Of a DNA stretch of 64,000 bases, positions 11,200 through 19,624 are shown one piece after another. Made by a program: the position numbers and the translations under genes. The first letter of the stretch is position 1; each line of letters begins with the position of its first letter. The stretch comes from Candidatus Bathyarchaeota archaeon (lineage in GTDB: Archaea > Thermoproteota > Bathyarchaeia > Bathyarchaeales > Bathycorpusculaceae), in assembly GCA_963702095.1 (NCBI GenBank), contig OY969706.1, positions 2,240,001-2,304,000 on the forward strand, in the 5' to 3' direction. The notes under the pieces were generated by a model. It was not told the DNA's origin. It saw only the letters and a program-made list of their open reading frames with translations, and did no database searches.

Positions 11200-11505
11200 C
11201 TACATTGTCAGATAATTGTGGTTTCTAAGCCAATCTGACTGGTTCTTTCGGTACCGCCAAAATATATCGCCCCTAGTGTCGATCTGGAAGTCCCATGGCG
11301 AAACCAAAACTATGTCGCCTTCTCTTATCCAGACGCGTCTTTTCAGTTTACCTCTGACCCTGCAGAGACGTTCCTTTCCATCTTGGCATTTAACCATAAT
11401 TCTGTCGGCACCCAGCATTTTCACAGCTATGCCCAAAACATCGTTTGGTGAAGGGAGAACCATACTGTCCAAGTTGCCTTCATTTGTTACTTTGCGTTTA
11501 CCCAT
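11200..11505 (-). CDS. eif1a: Translation initiation factor aIF1A
   Basis: MLGADRIMVKCQDGKERLCRVRGKLKRRVWIREGD..LVSPWDFQ...GDI.WRY. Confidence 0.95.
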   Translation of the reverse strand: MGKRKVTNEGNLDSMVLPSPNDVLGIAVKMLGADRIMVKCQDGKERLCRVRGKLKRRVWIREGDIVLVSPWDFQIDTRGDIFWRYRKNQSDWLRNHNYLTM

Positions 11506-12031
11506 TTTTATTTTCCAGGTGTGGTTTTAAACCACTTTATAATCAGAATAATCAGGAGAAAAAGCAGTTTGCATTCGGGACTCTTCCTCTAAAGAATTCT
11601 AATAACACATAAATGGCTTCAGCGCCTATATTAGGGTATATGTGCTCAAATTTTTTTTGAGCTTAAAAAAACAAAAAAGGCAGAAACAACCGTTTTTCTG
11701 GGAAAAGACCCAAAAATATTTTTCAATCGAAAAGACGCCGATAATTTCAACCTTTATTAGACTGATGAGGTATACTGTTGCCTGAAGAGTTTCTCTTATC
11801 CTCTTGGAATCGCCTGATTGAGTAATTGATTCTTTTCTAAACAAAACAATGAGAGGTAAATGAATTTATGTGTATGTTAAGGGTTGGTCTCGTTAAGAAC
11901 TGTCGCAGGTGTAAATCTTCAGTTAGACCTCACTGTGACTTCAGAAAGAAAACCACAAAGAAAAACTACGTAAACACCGTCAAAAAGAAAGAAGCGTAAG
12001 CCTCTACCTCACTTTTTTAGAGCAAACTTCC

Positions 12032-12148
12032 ATGAGCAAACCTATCCAAAAACGCTTTGATAGGGCAGAATGCAGAGGCTGCATGTACAAAGAAAGCCCA
12101 TATTGCTGGAATCAATGCACATTAAACATTTGGAAATCCATGACCTGA
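12032..12148 (+). CDS. 38-aa Cys-rich microprotein candidate
   Basis: MSKPIQKRFDRAECRGCMYKESPYCWNQCTLNIWKSMT. Confidence 0.4.
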   Translation: MSKPIQKRFDRAECRGCMYKESPYCWNQCTLNIWKSMT

Positions 12149-12228
12149 CCCAATACTAGGTACTATTGTGCCATATCGTGCGTTAACTCGCTGGTCTTCA
12201 CGCAAGACGACAAAAAGGATTAAATAAT

Positions 12229-12474
12229 CTATGAACTGTTTTTGGAGCGTACCCTAAAGGGAGCAGGAATTTTTTCTCGCTCAAGCAGCGCATAGGCACT
12301 GACTCGTCTTCTTTCAGTATTTGTCTGAGGTAATGCAGCTATATTGGAGAGCTTCACGACCCAACCTTCTTGAGCCAACTCATTTATTTCCTTTTCAAAC
12401 CTTGACTTCACCGTTGTTCCAAAAGAGAATTCTCCTGATTCATCTTCCCAATAGACAACTTTGTATTCATTCAT
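12229..12474 (-). CDS. DUF4177-like small protein
   Basis: MNEYKVV...FEKEINELAQEGW.V...ALLERE; start set at the ATG at 12474. Confidence 0.7.
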   Translation of the reverse strand: MNEYKVVYWEDESGEFSFGTTVKSRFEKEINELAQEGWVVKLSNIAALPQTNTERRRVSAYALLEREKIPAPFRVRSKNSS

Positions 12475-12548
12475 AATGGAATCCACACACTCTGCATCTT
12501 TTTTAGGATTAAACACTTTGCTCTCAAATTGATTGCATCTGTTTTGAA

Positions 12549-12944
12549 TTAGGGAAATGCACAAGGTTTCCGAGCGAATCTTTTTCGGTAGCATTCTTTG
12601 CAAAACGGGTGCTTGTATCTTTTTATTTTTGCCGCCTCAAAGGTCTTCCCGCATCCTCTGCATTCAACTTTTCCAGCTTGTTTGGGGTCGAGAAGCTTAA
12701 GTCTTTTCTCTATCTCCGTTTTTACTTCAGCGTCTCTCTCGTTCAATAACGCCTTTTTCAGTAGCTCTATTGCATAGTCTACGCTTTTTTCTCCAAAGAG
12801 CTTTCCAAAGGTGTTTAGGCTTTTTCCCTTAACCAAATCAATTTTGATTGGTAACATACAAACAAAATTCGCTGGATACTCACATGCCTTACTGTAATCT
12901 AACACAGCAAAACGGTAGGTGGGCCCTGAATTTCTTGTTCCCAT
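12549..12944 (-). CDS. Hypothetical protein with C-terminal zinc ribbon
   Basis: CRGCG...FCKECY; start uncertain. Confidence 0.6.
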   Translation of the reverse strand: MGTRNSGPTYRFAVLDYSKACEYPANFVCMLPIKIDLVKGKSLNTFGKLFGEKSVDYAIELLKKALLNERDAEVKTEIEKRLKLLDPKQAGKVECRGCGKTFEAAKIKRYKHPFCKECYRKRFARKPCAFP

Positions 12945-12994
12945 GTCGAACCTAAAAGCCTGCAATCTACAGTCCATTAAACCAACTGCTACTG

Positions 12995-13213
12995 CTACTT
13001 CCAGCTTTCGCGTCGCCTGGACCACGCTTGCTTTTCACCATCAGGGCTTGAGTGGGCTGTTTCGGTTCGGTTTTCAGAGCCTGCTCGGGGGGTTCTATGT
13101 TTAGCTAAGCATTCGCGGCAGTAAACAGGTCTATCAGGTTTAGGTTTAAAGGAAACCGTTGTGGTTTTCCCACAATCACTACATTTTATTACTGTTGAAA
13201 CTCTTTCGGACAT
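12995..13213 (-). CDS. CxxC-x17-CxxC domain protein
   Basis: CSDCGK...V.FKP..DRPVYCREC. Confidence 0.85.
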   Translation of the reverse strand: MSERVSTVIKCSDCGKTTTVSFKPKPDRPVYCRECLAKHRTPRAGSENRTETAHSSPDGEKQAWSRRRESWK

Positions 13214-13360
13214 AACTTTGTAATCCTGTTAATCTTGAGCTAAAAAATAGCCGAAATTAACTTGACCATAAAAGGAATACTTTGACATAAACATTTGGTT
13301 ACCTACAAGGAAAAATCTCATTAATTTATAGGTAACAATTTTCTGAGGGGTGGGTTTTTG

Positions 13361-13494
13361 TTTTTCTAGTGTTAGAAGAAGATAATCTCGCCCTTACTCA
13401 TCATCTTCCCATGGGCTCGGTAGGCGGCTGTGTATTATGTTTTGCAATGGAAATGGGTTGCTGGCTGGTTGAGGCGGATTCCACAAGCAGAACC
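13361..13494. repeat. Dispersed intergenic repeat family C, copy 1
   Basis: Ungapped 134-nt homolog of 39073-39206; identical core CCCTTACTCATCATCTTC. Confidence 0.8.
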
Positions 13495-13850
13495 AAAAGA
13501 ATTGTATTATACTGATAAGCAAAATTCCAAATCACCATATTTTTGATTTAAATAATGGAAGCTGCAAAACAGAGCCCTTGGGTGCGAGAGAGGTTCCCTT
13601 TTGGGAGGTGCACTCGCTGCCTTGAATGATTCAGTCGGTCATAGAAGGGTTTGTATATATAGTTGGCTTCTACAAGTTGCAGCTAGTTGAGCGAGTAGCA
13701 GTTCGGATTCGCGAGAGCAAAGGAAATCAAAACGTGAATCTTGAATATTACAGTTCACATACCGTTTGGTTCTGAGCGCATATTCAGAAAAGGATAGTCG
13801 AGCAAACTAGCAAGCTCAAGCGTTATCGATGCAAAAACTTATCTTTCGAA

Positions 13851-14474
13851 ATGAATGCATACAAATTAATGAAATTTACAAAAGAAAAACTATCAGGAAC
13901 CTTATTTATCATAGCCGTTGCCCAGTTTTTACTTTGCATTATTATTGCTGAGGCCACGTTTGGAGGTTACAGCACTCGCGATAATTACGTCAGCGACCTT
14001 GGAGTAGGACCGTCATCAATTGTGTTTAATTCCTCGGTGTTCTTTTTAGGATTGTTAATCTTTTTAGGAACATACCTCCTAAAAAATAGCCCCAATAGAA
14101 CTTTAAGGATACCATTATTCCTGATGGCTTTGAGCGCAATGGGTGTAGGAATTTTTACAAAAGATTTTACCCTTGCTCACGCGGCAGTTTCTTCTGCTGC
14201 GTTCTTCTTTGCTGGGCTTTCAGCAATAGCATCTGCATTTATCTTGAAAAAACCATTATCTTGGGTAAGCGTAATCTTAGGGCTAATAACTCTTAGTGCA
14301 TTAGCTCTTTTTTCCATCGGCATTGTTGTAAGCGGGTCAATGACGAGCACGGTTGCATACGATAGCCTTTTTTACTTGGGCTTGGGTCCTGGGGGAATGG
14401 AGCGAGTGATAATTTATCCAGCTATGGTGTGGCTAGCATTATTTGGGAGCCAGTTAGCGCAACCAAAAAGTTAG
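13851..14474 (+). CDS. DUF998-family membrane protein
   Basis: YS..DNYVSDLG, FN.S, GVGIF and GGMER motifs; multiple TM helices. Confidence 0.8.
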   Translation: MNAYKLMKFTKEKLSGTLFIIAVAQFLLCIIIAEATFGGYSTRDNYVSDLGVGPSSIVFNSSVFFLGLLIFLGTYLLKNSPNRTLRIPLFLMALSAMGVGIFTKDFTLAHAAVSSAAFFFAGLSAIASAFILKKPLSWVSVILGLITLSALALFSIGIVVSGSMTSTVAYDSLFYLGLGPGGMERVIIYPAMVWLALFGSQLAQPKS

Positions 14475-14553
14475 GAAGCAGCAGTTGTTAGTCAGCTATT
14501 TTATCTATTGTTTAAAAGCTTAAATAAAGAATGGTTCAATCTCCACTTGGCGG

Positions 14554-15045
14554 TTGGTTGGTGTGTCAAGGTCTGGGCAGAATAATATTTACGTTTTAAT
14601 TCTTGTTCTAAGCATAATCGGCGCCATTCTTTTTATCTTCACTGAATTCGGTGGATACACCGCGTATTACTCCTATTCCGTTAACATCGAGTCGGTTTTT
14701 AGAAACCCTGACTTGCTGCTTTATGCGCCAGTTTATGTTTTTACTGCTTTCTTGTTCTTGATAAACATTTTACTGCCGATAATTGAACTAAAAAACGTGA
14801 AATTGTCTCTTCCATTAACACCTGCACAGTTAGGTTTCTACACTTCAATTATCATTCTAATAATAACCGCTGCCAGCGGCGTTATATTTGCGGTTCGTCT
14901 ATCTAATGCTTGGGATTGGTGGTTTAACTCGGGATTTTACGCTGGGATAATTGGGGGGATACTCCTTCCGATCCTGTATCGCATAAGTATGAAAAACCCT
15001 CATCAAGCAACCCCGCCCGATCTTCCCCCGCCTCCCCCACCTTAA
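14554..15045 (+). CDS. Four-TM hypothetical membrane protein with poly-Pro tail
   Basis: Hydrophobic segments and C-terminal PPPPPP. Confidence 0.65.
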   Translation: MVGVSRSGQNNIYVLILVLSIIGAILFIFTEFGGYTAYYSYSVNIESVFRNPDLLLYAPVYVFTAFLFLINILLPIIELKNVKLSLPLTPAQLGFYTSIIILIITAASGVIFAVRLSNAWDWWFNSGFYAGIIGGILLPILYRISMKNPHQATPPDLPPPPPP

Positions 15046-15254
15046 TCTGCTACAGGCTACGCAATTTCACTCTTTGGATCCCAGTTCTGCTCAAACTACC
15101 CTCATAACGCTCTCAAGAATTTGTTTTGTTTTGTCAATACCTAAAACAAAGTCCTTGAGTGTAGGGAATGCTCTTTAGAGAGGAGTTCTGAGGTCTTTTT
15201 GTAGGAGAAGCGTTTGTATATTTGGTAACTGTTTTCTGTTATCTAATTGGATTT

Positions 15255-15332
15255 GGGCGAGTAGCTCAGTACGGATAGAGCACCAGCCTCCTAAGTTGGG
15301 GGTCGAGGGTTCAAATCCCTCCCCGCCCGCCA
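15255..15332 (+). tRNA. tRNA-Arg(CCU), CCA encoded
   Basis: Cloverleaf with anticodon arm CCAGC-CT-CCT-AA-GTTGG and T arm GAGGG-TTCAAAT-CCCTC; one A-C mismatch in the acceptor stem. Confidence 0.95.
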
Positions 15333-15354
15333 CCAAATATGCATTAATATTTGT

Positions 15355-16860
15355 CTATGTTGACTTTTTTCCTTTGGTCTTTATCCTTACGGTAGGAATA
15401 ATACGCTTTGTCACTTTTTGCATAAAGAAAGAAAGATCGCCAGATGACCGGTTTCTCAACAATCTTAAGAAAAAGGAACCATAAAGGAATTCCTTCTTAG
15501 CTCTATACCTAATGAATTCCATATAGGCTTTTTTCTGCAGGACAATCATTTCTTTTGAGCTAAATTGTGTAGTATTCATTGAAGAATCCATTGTTCTAAG
15601 CTTTGAGAGATCAAACTTTTCGCCTATAAGACCTATAGACTGAGCTAAAGCATTCAATTGAGTACCCGGATAAGGGGCAGCAATGAAAAAGTTAGCGCTA
15701 TCTAAATCCGCATCCTTTGAGAACTGAATAGTTCTCCGAATGCTTTCAAACGATTCCCCCGGAAAGCCTATAACAAAGAAGCCATGAGACCATATTCCCA
15801 AAGTCCTACAGTAGCCAACTACTTCCTTGACCTTTTCCAGATCTAATGGCTTATGAATGATTTCTTTTAGTACTCTTGGGTCTCCAGATTCAATTCCAAG
15901 ATTTAATTGGAAACATCCAGAATCTTTCATTTTTTTTAATAGAGCAAAATCTAAAGTGCTAACTGCAACACCGTTTGGCGTAGTCCATCTTATGCCTAAA
16001 TTCTTAGAAAGTAATAAGTCACAAATTCCCATCATATTTTGTCTTGATAAAGTGAGATTATCATCCTCAAAATGAATTTCGTTAATTCCGTATTCTGCAT
16101 GTAATTTTTCAATCTCTTTCACTACATTTTCAGGACTGCGACGTCTCCATTTATGTCCCCAAACAGTATGAATTGAGCAAAATATGCAATTTCCCGGGCA
16201 GCCTCTACTAGTAATCATAGGCATGAATCTTTTCCTACGCTGGCTTCCATGTGCCTGTCCTAATGAAATGTAAGTCTCAATCGGCAGAAGATGCCATGCT
16301 GGAAAAGGCAGGGCATCTAAATCTTCAATAAACGTCCTATGTGCAGTCTTTACTATTTTTCCTTGCTGTTTATACATCAAGCCATTAATACTGTGCAAGT
16401 CGACACCAGATTCTAAACCAGTCAGTAATTCTGAAAATGTTAATTCGCCTTCACCTAAAACTACAAAGTCTATGTTACTATTGTTTAGGACGTACTCTGG
16501 CATGCTAGAAGGGTGAGCGCCACCTACTACAACCAGAATATCTCTATCAATTTCCTTAACAATCAAAGCTATGTTTTTCATCTCTTCATCCATAAGGCTA
16601 AACGGGCAAGTAATACCCACTAAACTGGGGCGAAACTTTGCAATCTCTGATTTAATCATTTCTTTAGGTAATCCAATTCTAATTAAGTCACCTTTCGCTT
16701 GCCTAAACCTAAAGCCAAGTGCGATGGTATCAAGAATCTTGACTTTATGCCCCAATTGTTCAGCTACTGACCCTAAATATGCCAAGCCTAAAGGCGGCGT
16801 GACAGCAGTAACTTCGTTTTCTTTAACTGTTAGGGGGGGTTGAATTAAAAGAACCTTCAT
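15355..16860 (-). CDS. Cobalamin-binding (class B) radical SAM protein
   Basis: PPLGLAY, VGGAHP, TSRGCPGNCIFC (CxxxCxxC) and PYPGT; start MKVLL at 16860. Confidence 0.92.
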   Translation of the reverse strand: MKVLLIQPPLTVKENEVTAVTPPLGLAYLGSVAEQLGHKVKILDTIALGFRFRQAKGDLIRIGLPKEMIKSEIAKFRPSLVGITCPFSLMDEEMKNIALIVKEIDRDILVVVGGAHPSSMPEYVLNNSNIDFVVLGEGELTFSELLTGLESGVDLHSINGLMYKQQGKIVKTAHRTFIEDLDALPFPAWHLLPIETYISLGQAHGSQRRKRFMPMITSRGCPGNCIFCSIHTVWGHKWRRRSPENVVKEIEKLHAEYGINEIHFEDDNLTLSRQNMMGICDLLLSKNLGIRWTTPNGVAVSTLDFALLKKMKDSGCFQLNLGIESGDPRVLKEIIHKPLDLEKVKEVVGYCRTLGIWSHGFFVIGFPGESFESIRRTIQFSKDADLDSANFFIAAPYPGTQLNALAQSIGLIGEKFDLSKLRTMDSSMNTTQFSSKEMIVLQKKAYMEFIRYRAKKEFLYGSFFLRLLRNRSSGDLSFFMQKVTKRIIPTVRIKTKGKKST

Positions 16861-17072
16861 GGTTCTGTCATAGCAGGCTTTTAGGCTAATAAATTCTTTG
16901 AAAGAAAACAATCAAATTATCCTTTCGCAGTTGTTAGTCACCAAATAATGGGTCAACCATTCAAAAAAACATTGACATAGATAAGATCACTCAAGCACAA
17001 TTTTACAATTCAATTGAGATAGTAGATAGTATAAATAGCACCAGCAAAAGTTGAAAGATCGAGGAGCCAGAG

Positions 17073-17088
17073 CCCTCCCCGCCCGCCA
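17073..17088 (+). repeat. Duplicate of tRNA-Arg 3' end (att-like direct repeat)
   Basis: CCCTCCCCGCCCGCCA identical to 15317-15332, with degenerate similarity extending about 25 nt upstream. Confidence 0.75.
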
Positions 17089-17184
17089 AAGAATTTTAAC
17101 TTTTAATAAACAAGCCTTAAAATCCAAATTAAGAGAAGGAAGATTTAAGCCCTCATCAGCATTTAATAAAAAGCAGGTTTCGGG

Positions 17185-17424
17185 ATGGTTCATAGAAGAG
17201 TAAGAGGCGGAAAATACAAAATAAACTATGTTGGTCAACCCAGTCCTTTCGTGGTGGGCGACGAATTAGAAGTCAACATTACCGATATATGTCCAAGTGG
17301 GGATGGCATGTCAACAATTCGGGGCTATGTTATTGTGGTGCCGAAAGCCAAGCCGAGGGATCGCATAAAAATAAGGGTTACACAAGTCGGCGAGAAAACC
17401 GCGACTGGCCAAATAATTCAATGA
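17185..17424 (+). CDS. Single TRAM-domain protein
   Basis: VGDELEV.I......GDG...I.GYVIVVP.A...D.IKI.VT. Confidence 0.85.
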   Translation: MVHRRVRGGKYKINYVGQPSPFVVGDELEVNITDICPSGDGMSTIRGYVIVVPKAKPRDRIKIRVTQVGEKTATGQIIQ

Positions 17425-17447
17425 TTTTTTTCCAAGTGCCCACCAAA

Positions 17448-17651
17448 TCAGGGAGCTTTTGCTTTTCTACTCGTTCGTAACCTAACCAGGTAAGCCACGT
17501 TCATTACTAAAGAGACCCCAATAAGGAGGCCTTCCAAGAAACTGGAAATTAAGATACCGCCAATTTCAAAGGACAAGAATTGCCCTATCAAGATGCCGAG
17601 GGCGATGGAAATCATGCCGATTGACAGCATCGTTTCGTCTTTAAGAGGCAT
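17448..17651 (-). CDS. Small two-TM membrane protein
   Basis: Two hydrophobic helices and basic C-terminus. Confidence 0.6.
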   Translation of the reverse strand: MPLKDETMLSIGMISIALGILIGQFLSFEIGGILISSFLEGLLIGVSLVMNVAYLVRLRTSRKAKAP

Positions 17652-17727
17652 ATTGAGATCACAGGTTAGGGTTTATTTGGGGTTCCTTAATAACAGTTTC
17701 TTTAGAGCCAAAAGAGCGTTTGGAGAG

Positions 17728-19035
17728 TTAGTCGAAAATCTCGATTTTCTCTACCTTTCGGGACTCCGCCTCTATAAGCATGTAATAGGCAACGATTAGG
17801 GCAAGAATCATCGCTATCCCTATAATCAATGCTTCACGGGGCATCCCAACCAGCAACGCAATCAACCCCACAATACCAGCTATAGAGAGTGCTGGGTAGA
17901 GGGGGGCACGGAAGGTTGCAGCGGCTTTTTTGCGTCTGAAATGGATCAGGGCAAAGCTTGCGATGAGGTAGCAGAATAGGATGCCGAAGTTGCTGATGGA
18001 AGCCATCACGTAGATGTTGCCTGAAAAAAGCATCACTATGCCGATGACTGCGGAGATTATTACGCCGTTAACTGCCACATCTCTTTTTTCATTGTATTTG
18101 CGCACGAATTTGGGCAGTAACTTGTCTTGTCCTATCTGAAACAGCACCCTAGAGGAACCCAGAATCATCGCCAACGCCGCTGATGTGGTTGCTATTAAGG
18201 CGCCCACGGAAACCAAGGTGAAGAGCCATGTGGGGGCACCCGCCGACCGCAGTGCAAACGACAGTGGATCAGAGGACACCGTGTATTGGCTTGCAGGCAT
18301 CAAAAACAGGAGTGCAATGACCACCAAGATGTAGAGGACCATACTTATAACGACGGATGAAACGATGGCTTTTGCCGCGCCTGACCCGCCGCCTTTAACT
18401 TCTTTAGTTATCGTTGAAATGGCTTGGAAACCGGAATATGCGAAGAATATTACGACGCTGGCGGCGAAAATGGAGCCTACATTAGCTGATTGGAAACCAG
18501 AGCTAAAGTTGGCAGCTCCGATGGATTGGTTGCCGAGGGCAAAAACCAACGCGAAAACAATAAAGATAATCAGGATTACGATTTTTATTATAACCAAACC
18601 GAAGTCAGCTTTTGCAGCTTTACTCACCCCTAAAATATTAACTACTGAGAGAGCCAAAATCAGCAGTATGGCAAATATAGTCGGGTAGACGCTGCTGCCT
18701 AGCCCTATGAGGTTGGTGAGGTAGGAGCCGAAGCCCAATGCTATAGGCGCAATCGAGGAAGCATAAGCAAAATACAGCATTATACCCGTTATGAAGCCTA
18801 ATTCGCTTCCAAACGCTTCGTAAGCATAGCTGTAGGAGCCGCCTTCTGCGTTGGGCATGATGGAGCCTAACTCACCCAACTCCAGCGCCACAATCAAGGC
18901 TATGACGCCGACGATGACAAAAGCGATGAGGGCTGCTGAACCAGCCAACGCAATGGCGGTTCCACTTAAGACAAAGATGCCTGCGCCGATTATGGCTCCG
19001 AGCCCAACGGCAGTTGCTACTTTAACGCTAATCAT
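17728..19035 (-). CDS. APC-family amino acid permease
   Basis: GAIIGAGIF, GGSY.Y and FFAYSGF motifs; about 12 TM helices. Confidence 0.92.
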   Translation of the reverse strand: MISVKVATAVGLGAIIGAGIFVLSGTAIALAGSAALIAFVIVGVIALIVALELGELGSIMPNAEGGSYSYAYEAFGSELGFITGIMLYFAYASSIAPIALGFGSYLTNLIGLGSSVYPTIFAILLILALSVVNILGVSKAAKADFGLVIIKIVILIIFIVFALVFALGNQSIGAANFSSGFQSANVGSIFAASVVIFFAYSGFQAISTITKEVKGGGSGAAKAIVSSVVISMVLYILVVIALLFLMPASQYTVSSDPLSFALRSAGAPTWLFTLVSVGALIATTSAALAMILGSSRVLFQIGQDKLLPKFVRKYNEKRDVAVNGVIISAVIGIVMLFSGNIYVMASISNFGILFCYLIASFALIHFRRKKAAATFRAPLYPALSIAGIVGLIALLVGMPREALIIGIAMILALIVAYYMLIEAESRKVEKIEIFD

Positions 19036-19332
19036 GCCTTGATCCCAGCGAGTACCAAGTTAGAGGTTTTACTGTATTAACGTACTCTTTGCATGTAAAC
19101 TTATCATAGACCCATTCGATTTAGCCGCCAACAGGCCAATAAATCTGTCTTGCCCACCAAGCATCCACATCAAATAAGCGTCCAATTTTATCCCCACTGT
19201 CCAGCAGAATTCGGGCAAAATAAAGCACAACTATTAGCAACACTTATAGCGTATGCCCTACCAAAACAGTACCATAATGGGAGAGGGGATTAAAAATCCT
19301 ACAAATAAGTGGCAGCAGTGTAAACGTTAGCT

Positions 19333-19623
19333 TTGAGAGTGTTCTTGGAGAAAACGTGTTTTGGGGGGGCTTCTGTGTCTGGCGCCTCATTCGATAACAC
19401 GCACATAATTGAAGCCGCGGAAGAGAGAGGCATCCGCTTCTGCCCCGTATGTGGAGGCAGAATGAAGACATGCTGTGAAGTCCACCGCCAATACAACTTG
19501 GCAGGGCATAGACCCAACGGTGTCCACAGGGCACCTGAAGAGTGGATATGCTTAAACTGCGGCATCAGAGAATACAAAGAGTTGGCTATGCGGGTTATGT
19601 GTGGACGAGCAGGTACCGTCTAA
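19333..19623 (+). CDS. Putative zinc-ribbon protein
   Basis: FCPVCGG...WICLNCG; start uncertain. Confidence 0.5.
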   Translation: MRVFLEKTCFGGASVSGASFDNTHIIEAAEERGIRFCPVCGGRMKTCCEVHRQYNLAGHRPNGVHRAPEEWICLNCGIREYKELAMRVMCGRAGTV

Positions 19624-19624
19624 C

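Noticed and set aside
13397-13410. Hammerhead ribozyme or C/D guide in repeat C
   Set aside because: The core is AUGAUGA rather than CUGAUGA with a matching GAAA, and no properly placed conserved CUGA box D exists.
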